From positions 16,711 through 80,710 of the forward strand of contig JAWOCD010000056.1 of assembly GCA_046483985.1 (NCBI GenBank): a DNA stretch of 64,000 nt. The letters run 5' to 3'. How positions within the stretch are numbered: position 1 is the stretch's first letter; each line of letters starts with the position of its first letter. The notes under the pieces are model-generated. The model worked only from the letters and a program-made list of their open reading frames with translations. It had not been told where the DNA came from and did no database searches. A program made the translations under genes and the position numbers. This DNA is from Promethearchaeia archaeon (GTDB taxonomy: Archaea; Asgardarchaeota; Lokiarchaeia; Sigyniarchaeales; SOKP01). This document shows positions 45,634 to 54,453 of this stretch, one piece after another.

Positions 45634-46518
45634 TTGATTCTAGAACCCGAATGTCTTGGCTGTATGATTGACCAAATATATAAAGCTTTGAAGATGCTGA
45701 AGCCCGATATTCCAAAAGAAGATATTATAAAAACCCAGCGGAAAATGATGAAATACCTCGCAAATACAGACATATTACATAAACCAGGTCCCCTAATTGG
45801 GAAAAAAACCTATGATTTGGTATCTGAAACGTTAAACGACCCCGATCCCTACAAGGATATAAAGCGTGAATATAACCAAATGGCCTTGAAATACTTTGAC
45901 CAGGCGAAAGAGATTGTAGAAAATGCAGAGGACCCAATATTTGAAGCAATTGCCGCTTCAGCGCTCGGTAATACTATCGATTTTGCGGCTCATCATGAAG
46001 TTGATCTGATTAAGGACATTAAAAATTTCTCAACTGATAACTTGAAAATTAATGATATTCCCGTTTTTAAGGAGTCCCTAAAAGAGACAGAGCAGATTCT
46101 AATCTTAGGCGATAATACCGGTGAAATCGTCTTTGATAAACTCCTAATTGAGACCCTCCAAGAACTTTATCCCGATCAAGAAATCATCTTTTCGGTAAGG
46201 GAAAATCCGATTATTAATGACGCCACCCGAGAAGATGCTGAATTTGTAGGGATTACGGATCTTGTAGAAGTAATTGAAGCCCCCGGGACTCCAGGAATAG
46301 AAATGTCAATTGCTTCAGACGAATTTAAGAAATACTTTTATAATGAAAAAGGGGTCATTCTTTCCAAAGGACAAGGAAACTTTGAGAGCTTATATCAAAT
46401 AGAAATACCTAATAAGGATGTCTATTATCTCTTGAAGGCTAAATGCTCACTGATGGAACGGATCTTTGATGTTGAACTTGGGGACCTTATTTTTAAAAAA
46501 AAAGCAGATGATCTTTAG
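45634..46518 (+). CDS. DUF89 / ARMT1-like damage-control phosphatase family protein
   Basis: 294 aa. Has N-terminal EPECLGCMIDQ, GDNTGEIVFDKLLIE and KGQGNFESL, which are signatures of the DUF89 family. TTG start. Confidence 0.75.
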   Translation: MILEPECLGCMIDQIYKALKMLKPDIPKEDIIKTQRKMMKYLANTDILHKPGPLIGKKTYDLVSETLNDPDPYKDIKREYNQMALKYFDQAKEIVENAEDPIFEAIAASALGNTIDFAAHHEVDLIKDIKNFSTDNLKINDIPVFKESLKETEQILILGDNTGEIVFDKLLIETLQELYPDQEIIFSVRENPIINDATREDAEFVGITDLVEVIEAPGTPGIEMSIASDEFKKYFYNEKGVILSKGQGNFESLYQIEIPNKDVYYLLKAKCSLMERIFDVELGDLIFKKKADDL

Positions 46519-46628
46519 GAAATTCAATTCATATTACCAATTCTAATCCAAGTTCCTTATTTTTAATCAATTCACAATGAGTTCCCCGAATTTTTAAGAG
46601 TTAGCACAGCTAATAAGATAATGTGCCA

Positions 46629-46634
46629 AGGAGG
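46629..46634 (+). promoter_or_regulatory. Shine-Dalgarno-like site
   Basis: aggagg lies 5 nt upstream of the ATG at 46640. Confidence 0.5.
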
Positions 46635-46639
46635 ATTAA

Positions 46640-47230
46640 ATGCCCAAATTTAACTTGCCTTATCAATTTGAGATAAGTATTATAATGGAAATGGAGGATA
46701 AGCCGAATGAAGAACAACGCTTATATTTGAGAAAAGGGCATTCCGAAACATTTCACCATTTGCTCATCAAGATTTTAGCGTATTGCTTTTTCTGGAATGA
46801 GCCAGAACGATTAATCATTGAGCCGAGCTTTCGGTTTCGAGGATATAAGCCCGATTTACTCTCGCTTGTCCCTCCAGCCAATCCCCGCAAGTTAGAACAA
46901 GAGGTAGGTATTTGGGTTGAATGTAAAAATGTAACACTTAAAAAGTTAGAAAAACTATCTAAAGCACTTCCACGAAGCAAAATTTGCTGGTTTAATCTTG
47001 AATCCTCTTTCCGAGGGCTCTTTAAGAGTCTAAAACAACGAAAAAAGCTGTTCTCCCATAGGAACTTAAAATTAATAGGAATCAAGTTGGAAAAGGACGT
47101 TTATGAGTTCTTAGCTTATAATTTGGGACGGAAAAATCCGATATGGTATGTAAGTCGAAATCTCAATACTTTCGAGATATCCAACGGAAGTTGGATTAAA
47201 AATGTTGAATTCTTGAAGCTCCTTGAATAA
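46640..47230 (+). CDS. YaeQ-like protein (PD-(D/E)xK nuclease fold family)
   Basis: 196 aa. RKGHSETFHHLLIKILAYCFF...KPDL...GIWVECKNVTLKKLEKLSK parallels the YaeQ blocks RHPSET..M.LRLLA...EPxLW...LWIE.G.P...RIKKA. Confidence 0.45.
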   Translation: MPKFNLPYQFEISIIMEMEDKPNEEQRLYLRKGHSETFHHLLIKILAYCFFWNEPERLIIEPSFRFRGYKPDLLSLVPPANPRKLEQEVGIWVECKNVTLKKLEKLSKALPRSKICWFNLESSFRGLFKSLKQRKKLFSHRNLKLIGIKLEKDVYEFLAYNLGRKNPIWYVSRNLNTFEISNGSWIKNVEFLKLLE

Positions 47231-47276
47231 AGAGAGATCTCACCCATATCACCTATTTTGGGAAATCGAGAAATGG

Positions 47277-47798
47277 TTATTGGGTTTTTTTCTCGAAATA
47301 ATCCATAAGATGGGCCTTCAAAATCTTCCTAAAAGAGGCTAAACGGGATACATCAACGCATCCGTCAAGCTCATTCTTATAGAGATTATTAAACATATCT
47401 AATACCTTTTCCGCTTCAGATCGAATTTTCTTTTGAGAAAAATCAGAACTCATAAGAGCAATTAGTAACAATCCATGTCTTTTGACAATGGTAATATCCG
47501 TATCTTTCCCAAGTTTTTCTGATATTAATTTCCTTCCCAAATCCCGATGGTTCCCAAGTGATAGTGCTCCCGCAAACGAGGAAAGATGTATAGGATTAAT
47601 TTCTGAATCTAACACGAAATCCATCAGATGTTCACCATTCTGCTTACAGATGATGACCCCTTTCAGCAAAGTTTTTATTATCCCGGTGAAATCATCGCTC
47701 AATTTATTCCTCACCAAAAAGTAGTGCAGTTCGGTTTGATGGAAAAAAATTTTATTCCTAATAATTTCATCTAAAATAAACATAAAAAGATACGACAA
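47277..47798 (-). CDS. Hypothetical protein, possibly Roadblock/longin-like fold
   Basis: 173 aa. The core GVIICKQNGEHLMDFVLDS..HLSSFAGALSL...ITIVKRHGLLLIALMS has the alternating pattern of Roadblock/LC7 domains. This is a weak call. It is the last gene of the Mrp / radical-SAM transcription unit. Confidence 0.3.
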   Translation of the reverse strand: MSYLFMFILDEIIRNKIFFHQTELHYFLVRNKLSDDFTGIIKTLLKGVIICKQNGEHLMDFVLDSEINPIHLSSFAGALSLGNHRDLGRKLISEKLGKDTDITIVKRHGLLLIALMSSDFSQKKIRSEAEKVLDMFNNLYKNELDGCVDVSRLASFRKILKAHLMDYFEKKTQ

Positions 47799-47837
47799 AA
47801 TTAAGATTGTTCTACGGGTTTTGACATAATAAAAATT

Positions 47838-48776
47838 CTATAATTTTTTCCAGAAAACCTTGCCTTTATAGAGCATTTTGTTAATTTCATTATTTTGGGA
47901 GAGCTTTTTTAATTTTCCCAAAATCTGTTCTTGATTTAATGTTTCGTTACAAAAAGTCTTAAAAATTTGGTCTTCCCGCATAGGATGACGTTCGATTATA
48001 TTTATTAACTCTTGTTCAAAATTCCCAGAATATTTATGAAAATTCCCGATTTCAGGAAAGTTGATTTCACTGTCTTTTCCATATTTTCCGAAAATCCGGT
48101 TAAGTCTGTGGAATACTGATTTGTCAGGGATATCGACCCATTCTTCTGCTGGAGGACGGATCGGAACATTAATATCAATTCTCTTGGGTTTGATAAGATC
48201 CAATTTTTTCTTAATGCTTATCAACTCCTTTTCTGAGTCGTTTATCCCTTTCATCAGCATCACCTCCAACCAAAACTCTCCCGAGAATTGTTCCCGAAAC
48301 CGAATATAGGAATCAACAAGTCTCTCGAATTCAATGTCTGGATGAGGGCGATTAATGGCAATGAATTTTTTCTTATTCCCCGCATCTAATGTTGGTAAGA
48401 CCACATCAGCCATCAGTAACGCATCAAAAACTTTTTCCTTGCACATTAATGCGCCATTGGTAATAACACAGATTGGTTTGGTGGTGAATTCTTTAATCTT
48501 TTTGATCAGATAATCCAGCCTTTTATATAAGGTCGGTTCCCCGCTGCCAACAAGCGTAATATAGTCCATTTCCCCTTGGTTTTCATCAATCGCGGTTTGT
48601 AATTCCTTGAGTATTTCATCTGGCGGAAAAAACTCTTGCAATAGGTTTGTAAAATTAGTTGTCTTCCCGAGTTGACAGTATATACACTGATAATTACAAG
48701 TCTTAGAGGGAATCGGATCTATCCCCAAGGACTGTCCTAATCTACGACTCGGAACTGGTCCAAAAATATATTTCAT
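47838..48776 (-). CDS. Radical SAM protein (COG0731-like Fe-S oxidoreductase)
   Basis: 312 aa. Has GPVPSRRLGQSLGIDPIPSKTCNYQCIYCQLG with the CxxxCxxC motif, and GSGEPTLY. Confidence 0.8.
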   Translation of the reverse strand: MKYIFGPVPSRRLGQSLGIDPIPSKTCNYQCIYCQLGKTTNFTNLLQEFFPPDEILKELQTAIDENQGEMDYITLVGSGEPTLYKRLDYLIKKIKEFTTKPICVITNGALMCKEKVFDALLMADVVLPTLDAGNKKKFIAINRPHPDIEFERLVDSYIRFREQFSGEFWLEVMLMKGINDSEKELISIKKKLDLIKPKRIDINVPIRPPAEEWVDIPDKSVFHRLNRIFGKYGKDSEINFPEIGNFHKYSGNFEQELINIIERHPMREDQIFKTFCNETLNQEQILGKLKKLSQNNEINKMLYKGKVFWKKL

Positions 48777-48814
48777 TGTTCCATAAAAATTTTAAAGAAA
48801 ATAAAAAAGAAAAA

Positions 48815-49708
48815 TTATTGATCTTCTTGATCCTTTTCCAAAATATTTCTGATCGTGTCCACAGATTTTTTAAATGCCTTAGCGCTCTTGCTGTCGGGGT
48901 ATTTTACAACGAATGGTAATCCTTGGTCTCCTTGCTGTCCAATTTCGGTCTCAAATGGAATTTGTCCTAGCAGTCGAATATCAAAATCTTTTGCGGCTTT
49001 TTTTGCCCCTCCCGGCGGATATAAGTCAATATGTTCCCCACAGTGAGGACATTCAAATCCGCTCATATTTTCAATGATCCCGAGCACATCCCGTTCCATT
49101 TTTTCCGACATCGCAATTGTTTTACGGGCATCCATAAGGGCAACTTCTTGCGGAGTGGTTATGACAATTACATGCTCATCGGGGATCAATTGTAATATAT
49201 CCAGCGTCTCATCAGAAGTTCCTGGAGGTAAATCAAAAATCATATAATCTAGATCTCCCCAAATACAATCACCGAGGAACTGTCGAATTGCTCCCATTTT
49301 CATAGGACCTCTCCAAATCACAGGAGTATCTTGATCTTCGGTTAAAAAGGACATAGATAATACTTTGACGCCTAATGGTCCGTCCACGGGAAAAAACTTT
49401 TTATTATTCGTATCTACTCTTGGTTTTAATTCGGGGCTAATGCCTAACATTTTAGTCACATTTGCTCCAGTAATATCCACATCCATAATTCCTACTTTCA
49501 GTCCAACACTTGCTAAGCTCATCGCTAGATTGACTGCAACTGTTGTTTTTCCTACTCCCCCTTTTCCACTAATGATTACCAATTTATGTTTTATCCTAGA
49601 CATGTTTTTCTTGATTTCTTGCATCCGTTTCTTCATTTGTTCCTTTTTTCCTTGCTGAACTGTCTTATCCATATCTATCTTATCAGGAATGCCTTCCTTT
49701 TTACTCAT
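48815..49708 (-). CDS. Mrp/NBP35/ApbC-family Fe-S cluster carrier ATPase
   Basis: 297 aa. Has the deviant Walker A SGKGGVGKTT, DLPPGTSD, and the CPHCGEHIDLY CxxC motif. Confidence 0.9.
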   Translation of the reverse strand: MSKKEGIPDKIDMDKTVQQGKKEQMKKRMQEIKKNMSRIKHKLVIISGKGGVGKTTVAVNLAMSLASVGLKVGIMDVDITGANVTKMLGISPELKPRVDTNNKKFFPVDGPLGVKVLSMSFLTEDQDTPVIWRGPMKMGAIRQFLGDCIWGDLDYMIFDLPPGTSDETLDILQLIPDEHVIVITTPQEVALMDARKTIAMSEKMERDVLGIIENMSGFECPHCGEHIDLYPPGGAKKAAKDFDIRLLGQIPFETEIGQQGDQGLPFVVKYPDSKSAKAFKKSVDTIRNILEKDQEDQ

Positions 49709-49970
49709 TCTTCATCATCCTTTATATTTCGATTTTTATTATATTTAATTTAAATTTTCTAATAAATTAAAGTACCTAAATATTAAATTACTAATCGTTT
49801 TAGTTTATAAATTGTTTTTGTAATAGATCTATTTCAATTAGGACTGCTTGTACATGATATTTAGTTTCTGCGTATTCATCAATCTAAACAAGTCAATGAA
49901 TCCGAGCTTACTCGTTTTAATATTTAAAATCATCAAATTTAAATACTCCTAATTTTTTTTGTATTTAAAT

Positions 49971-49990
49971 AATTGAATAATTATTCAATT
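49971..49990. promoter_or_regulatory. Perfect 20-bp palindrome containing the GAATAATTATTC box (candidate operator)
   Basis: aattgaataa|ttattcaatt lies in the divergent intergenic region between the Mrp operon (start 49708) and the NifX-like operon (start 50068). Confidence 0.45.
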
Positions 49991-50067
49991 AAAATTAATA
50001 ATGAACGAAGATTATTAAAGATATAACAAAATAAAAAAAAAAATACAATTAAGAGGTTTAAAATATA

Positions 50068-50535
50068 ATGACAAAAATAGCGATACCTAGCTTTGGACAA
50101 GGCGGCTTGAATGTTCAAGTAAATCCTCGCTTTGGGCGAACTAAAAGTTTTACTATCGTCACAGTCGAGAAAGATAAAATTGAGAGCGTTAAAGCTGTTC
50201 CAAATTCTGCAGCAAATGCAATGGGTGGTGCTGGAATCCAAGCAGCACAAATTGTTGGGAATAATGGAGCTGATGTGATAATTGTTGGTAATGTCGGTCC
50301 AAATGCTGCTCAATCCTTAAGCGCCTTGAATCTCAAAATTTACCAAACCCCCTCAAGACAAATCACCGTCAAAGAAGCAGTTCAATTATACATAGATGGA
50401 GATTTAAATGAGATCAGCAATGCTAATGTCGGTGCCCATTATGGTATGGGTGGCGGTGGCGGTGGTCGCGGTATGGGCGGTGGTGGCGGTGGCGGTGGTC
50501 GCGGTATGGGCGGTGGCAGCCGCAGAAATCTTTAA
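50068..50535 (+). CDS. NifX/NifB-C-terminal-like (dinitrogenase FeMo-cofactor-binding fold, COG1433) protein with Gly/Arg-rich tail
   Basis: 155 aa. MTKIAIPSFGQGGLNVQVNPRFGRTKSFTIVTVE and AGIQAAQIVGNNGADVIIVGNVGPNA match the family. The C-terminal tail is GMGGGGGGRGMGGGGGGGGRGMGGGSRR. Confidence 0.8.
   Translation: MTKIAIPSFGQGGLNVQVNPRFGRTKSFTIVTVEKDKIESVKAVPNSAANAMGGAGIQAAQIVGNNGADVIIVGNVGPNAAQSLSALNLKIYQTPSRQITVKEAVQLYIDGDLNEISNANVGAHYGMGGGGGGRGMGGGGGGGGRGMGGGSRRNL
50451..50516 (+). repeat. 33-bp tandem duplication inside the Gly-rich tail coding region
   Basis: tggcggtggcggtggtcgcggtatgggcggtgg occurs twice in tandem. It forms a GC-rich island in AT-rich DNA. Confidence 0.8.
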
Positions 50536-50625
50536 AGATCTAGAAAACCAACTGAATTTTTTATCTTAATTCTAAGTATCAAATTATATTTTTATTTTAT
50601 AATTCAAACAAATTAATGAGAAAAA

Positions 50626-51573
50626 ATGTCAAGTAAAGCAAAACCAATAAAGATTTGCATAACTGGCGGTAAAGGAGGGACAGGCAAAACGCTTTGTGCG
50701 GTAAATATTGCCAGCATGTTCAAGAACGATGGCTTCAAAACCTTATTATTGGACGGCGATGTGGAGAATCCCAATACCTACTTATTACTTGGTGGAGAAT
50801 TAGAAAATAAACAAGAAGTTCCGTTTTTTAAACCAAATATTGTTGAAGAAAAATGCGAAAAATGCGGAAAATGTGCTGAGAACTGCGCACCGCATGCCTT
50901 ATTATATGTGAAGGGTAAAGTACCTATACCGATTCTGAATGTATGTTCTGGTTGTAAGTTATGTTATAAAATATGTCCAGCAGACGCAATAGAAGCGCAA
51001 ACCAAACCAATCGGTTGGACATACTCAACCGAAGCAAGAGGAATTTCTCTCCGTGTCGGCGAGTTAAAAACTGGGGAAGCACGCTCGGTCGAAGTTGTTG
51101 ATACATTAATTGAAGACTTGGAAAAAGAGTTAAAGGAGTCACCCGAGAAATACGATATTATTGTATATGATACTGCCCCTGGAGCACACTGTGATGTGGA
51201 ATCTTTAATCGGGAAAGCCGACTATGTTATTCCTGTGACGGAGCCCACCAAATTTGGAAAATTAGATTTATTACGGATAATTGAACTGATTAAGCTCCTG
51301 AAAAAAGATTATAAAGCAATTGTAAATCGATCCTCGCTCTTGGGATTTAAGGAGCAATTCATGAAGGAACTTGAAGAACAAGATGTTAGTGTACTAGGCG
51401 ATATTCCCCTCGATGACGAGATAGTAAAATCCTATTGCGATGGAGTTCCAATTATGGATGAAGATGGCAAATACGACCAAACCAGCGAAGGGTACAAGGC
51501 ATTTCAAGAGATTTTCATAAATCTTAAGGAATGGATAAATCTTAATGATATTCAGACCGAGGGCGATAATTAA
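50626..51573 (+). CDS. MinD/ParA-superfamily P-loop ATPase with inserted 2x[4Fe-4S] ferredoxin domain (COG1149)
   Basis: 315 aa. Has GGKGGTGKT, then CEKCGKCAENC and CSGCKLCYKIC inserted after the P-loop, and DTAPGAHC. Confidence 0.8.
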   Translation: MSSKAKPIKICITGGKGGTGKTLCAVNIASMFKNDGFKTLLLDGDVENPNTYLLLGGELENKQEVPFFKPNIVEEKCEKCGKCAENCAPHALLYVKGKVPIPILNVCSGCKLCYKICPADAIEAQTKPIGWTYSTEARGISLRVGELKTGEARSVEVVDTLIEDLEKELKESPEKYDIIVYDTAPGAHCDVESLIGKADYVIPVTEPTKFGKLDLLRIIELIKLLKKDYKAIVNRSSLLGFKEQFMKELEEQDVSVLGDIPLDDEIVKSYCDGVPIMDEDGKYDQTSEGYKAFQEIFINLKEWINLNDIQTEGDN

Positions 51574-51574
51574 A

Positions 51575-52492
51575 ATGGAGAAAAAACAAATCGGTATTAT
51601 ATCGGGCAAAGGCGGCGTGGGAAAAACATCATTAACGGCATCTTTGGCATTCTTGGCAAAGCAAGATAAAGATGTAGACCCAATCATCTTGGATTGCGAT
51701 GTGGATGCCCCCAATTTAGCTCTTATTTTACCTTCAGATGGAGAAGAGGACGAGAAGGAAGTGTATACTACCTTAAAGGCCGAATTTTTAGAGGGTAAGT
51801 GCGTGCATTGTAAAGAATGTATAAACGAGCATTTCTGTGAATTCAATGCATTAAGCTGGGATGAGAAAAAAGAAGTCCCCGTCATTGATTACTTGGCGTG
51901 CGAGGGCTGTAATGCCTGTAAAGTTTTATGCCCTGAACACGCTTTCAAGATAGAACCGGTTAATAGCGGACAAATAATTTCTTATATTTCAAAAATAGGA
52001 CTTCCCCTTGTTTACGGCAGAACCCACTTAGGTAGTACCACCTCCGGTAAATTGGTGGATGAATGCAAAGAATTCACAAAAACACTGGACGAGTATGAAA
52101 ATTCTAACTTATTAATCATTGATGGGCCCCCGGGGATTGGATGTCCCGTGATTGCAACCGTATCTGGACTTGATTACGTAATTATCATTTGCGAGCCAAC
52201 CCCTTCTGGGCTACACGATGTTAAACGGGCCATAGAAGTAGTCAAACAGTTCGAGATTCCTTTTGGAATTGTGATCAATAAATACGATTTGAAAAGTTCA
52301 TTCCAAGAGGAATTTAACGAATTTATAGAACGAACTGGTTATGATATTTTGGGAAAAATCCCATTCGACATCTCAATCCCGAAGGCAATGAGTCATACAG
52401 ATGCGGTGGTCCAATATGCTCCAAAATCCGAAGCCAGTAAAGCAATTGAAAAGATCTATGAAAATTTGAAAAAGAAAATAAATAAACCTTGA
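51575..52492 (+). CDS. Second MinD/ParA-superfamily ATPase with inserted ferredoxin domain (COG1149 paralogue)
   Basis: Has SGKGGVGKTS, CVHCKECINEHFC, CEGCNACKVLC and DGPPGIGC. I prefer the ATG at 51575 (MEKKQIGII, 2 nt after the upstream stop) over the track start at 51545. Confidence 0.8.
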   Translation: MEKKQIGIISGKGGVGKTSLTASLAFLAKQDKDVDPIILDCDVDAPNLALILPSDGEEDEKEVYTTLKAEFLEGKCVHCKECINEHFCEFNALSWDEKKEVPVIDYLACEGCNACKVLCPEHAFKIEPVNSGQIISYISKIGLPLVYGRTHLGSTTSGKLVDECKEFTKTLDEYENSNLLIIDGPPGIGCPVIATVSGLDYVIIICEPTPSGLHDVKRAIEVVKQFEIPFGIVINKYDLKSSFQEEFNEFIERTGYDILGKIPFDISIPKAMSHTDAVVQYAPKSEASKAIEKIYENLKKKINKP

Positions 52493-52632
52493 TTTTTTAA
52501 AAATCTTAAAGTGATGTAAGAATTTGAACTCAATAATTTATAATCAATAAAAGTAGAAATTAATAACTATACTTTAGTCTTATATTATAAATAAAAATGA
52601 GAAATGGTTTTAACCAAAATAGGTGAAAAAAG

Positions 52633-53118
52633 ATGCCTCAAAATTTTATGGAATTGTATAAATATTTGCCGCAAACCAATTGTAAGAAATGCGGTAAACC
52701 AACATGCATGGCCTTCGCGTTAGACCTCCTGAAAGGGAAAGTAAGTCTCGAAGATTGTACCCCTTTAATGGAAGAAGAGAAATATACGGATAAATTAGAG
52801 AAATTAAAGGAAATGTTGGGAGGGACGGGCGGTGAAGAAAAAGAATTACATATTGATATTGACGAAGATGCTTGCGATGGATGTGGTATTTGTGTTACGG
52901 CTTGTCCAGTAAATGCGCGATATTGTCCTGCATCAACAAGTGGAAAAGCGCCAGATTATCCTCCCGATAAACATCAATTATTTCAAGTGGTAGATGGGGT
53001 CTGTGAACTTTTGAATCTTGAACACTGTCGTCGCCTTGCGGCTGAGGGTCGGGAACGGGAATGCCGCGTTTGTGAGGAGTATTGTCCACGCGAAAGTATT
53101 GAGATCGCATATGTTTAA
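52633..53118 (+). CDS. Fe-S protein: CdhE/AcsC-type N-terminal FeS domain fused to a 2x[4Fe-4S] ferredoxin domain
   Basis: 161 aa. LPQTNCKKCGKPTCMAFALDLLKGK matches the N-terminal Fe-S domain of corrinoid Fe-S protein large subunits. It is followed by CDGCGICVTACP and CRVCEEYCP. aggtga lies 6 nt upstream of the ATG. Confidence 0.7.
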   Translation: MPQNFMELYKYLPQTNCKKCGKPTCMAFALDLLKGKVSLEDCTPLMEEEKYTDKLEKLKEMLGGTGGEEKELHIDIDEDACDGCGICVTACPVNARYCPASTSGKAPDYPPDKHQLFQVVDGVCELLNLEHCRRLAAEGRERECRVCEEYCPRESIEIAYV

Positions 53119-53148
53119 TTAATTTAATAAGAGATGATATGAAAAAAT

Positions 53149-54453
53149 ATGAAAAGATTTATTTGTTGTGGTTGTTCTTTATTATGTGATGATGTATTAG
53201 TTGGTATGGACGGTTCTAAAATAGACAAGATGTTAGGTGTTTGCCTAAAAGGAAAAGAACGGATCGATCAGGTCAATTCGGAAAATCGAATTACCAAACC
53301 AATGATTCGAAAGGGGGGAGATCTGAAAGCAGTAGAATGGGAAAAAGCTATGGAAAAAGTGAAGGAACTTTTGGGAAAATCATCAAATCCTTTACTTTAT
53401 GGATTTTCAAACTCAACTTGCGAGGCGCAAGCAAAAGCAATTGAACTAGCGCAAACTATCGATGGATATATTGATTCTAATTCAGCGATATGTCAAGGAA
53501 AGGTGATGGATGTAATTAAAGAAAAGGGCGTTAATTTGACTTCCCTCACAGAAATTCTTAATAAATCTGATGTAATAACTCTTTGGGGAGCAAATCCCAT
53601 AGAAAGTATTCCCCGATTAATTAATAAAATTTTATTTTCCCGTGGGAAGTTTCGAATGACCGGAAGGGAGATTAAGACGATAATAATCGTTGACCCCCTT
53701 AAAACGGCAAGTCGGGGGGTAATGCAAGTCCGTGACCTTGCATTGCAAATTGAACCAGATAAAGATTTAGAATTAATAAGAGTATTACAAGACAAATATA
53801 GAGAAGATAAACCCTTACCAGACAAGATCACTGGAATTGATAAATCAGATATAAAGAGATTTCTTCTTAATCTAAGCAAAGCTGAGAACGGTGTAATTAT
53901 CGTTGGACAAGGGCTTATTCACCCTCATGAAGGGAGAGAAACCTTAAATGAACTAATCCGGCTTGTGAATCTAGTTAATGAGAACTCGGAAAAGGGCAGA
54001 TTATCCTTGCTCATGATGGGGGGGCATTATAATATGGCAGGTTTTGAACAAATGGCATTAACGCTAACCGGAAAACATAATAGCATCCAATTTAAAAATG
54101 ATCAATTACAAGACACAGATAAAACATTAGTGGATAAAATAGCAGATGAAGATTTTGATCTTTCTTTCTTTATGGGAACAGACCCTATTTCCCACTTTCC
54201 TTCGACTTTAAGTAAAAAAATAGCTTCAAAACCGATCATTGTTGCGGATAATCGGCAATCAGGAACCACGATGTTGGCGGATGTCGTTCTCCCTACAGCA
54301 ATTACTGGAGTTGAATGCGGTGGTACCGCGATTCGTCTCGACCAAGTACCAATAGAGGTTAAGGGCATCTTTGAACCACCTGAAAAGGTTCCAACAGATG
54401 AAGAATTGCTGACTAATATTATAGCAAAACAAACAGGAGGGGACGAAGAATGA
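53149..54453 (+). CDS. fwdB: Formylmethanofuran dehydrogenase subunit B-like molybdo/tungstopterin oxidoreductase
   Basis: 434 aa. Has the N-terminal Cys cluster CCGCSLLCDD and the length and architecture of FwdB/FmdB. It is followed by FwdD-like and FwdA-like genes. Confidence 0.75.
   Translation: MKRFICCGCSLLCDDVLVGMDGSKIDKMLGVCLKGKERIDQVNSENRITKPMIRKGGDLKAVEWEKAMEKVKELLGKSSNPLLYGFSNSTCEAQAKAIELAQTIDGYIDSNSAICQGKVMDVIKEKGVNLTSLTEILNKSDVITLWGANPIESIPRLINKILFSRGKFRMTGREIKTIIIVDPLKTASRGVMQVRDLALQIEPDKDLELIRVLQDKYREDKPLPDKITGIDKSDIKRFLLNLSKAENGVIIVGQGLIHPHEGRETLNELIRLVNLVNENSEKGRLSLLMMGGHYNMAGFEQMALTLTGKHNSIQFKNDQLQDTDKTLVDKIADEDFDLSFFMGTDPISHFPSTLSKKIASKPIIVADNRQSGTTMLADVVLPTAITGVECGGTAIRLDQVPIEVKGIFEPPEKVPTDEELLTNIIAKQTGGDEE

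Noticed and set aside
50440-50530. GC-rich island as foreign DNA or a CRISPR-like repeat
   Set aside because: It is in frame within the NifX-like ORF and simply encodes a Gly/Arg tail. There are only two tandem units and no spacers.
51545-51574. Track start at 51545 for the second COG1149 ATPase (29-nt overlap with the first)
   Set aside because: The in-frame ATG at 51575 gives MEKKQIGIISGKGGVGKT, the normal distance to the P-loop, and begins 2 nt after the upstream stop. The extension is likely not translated.
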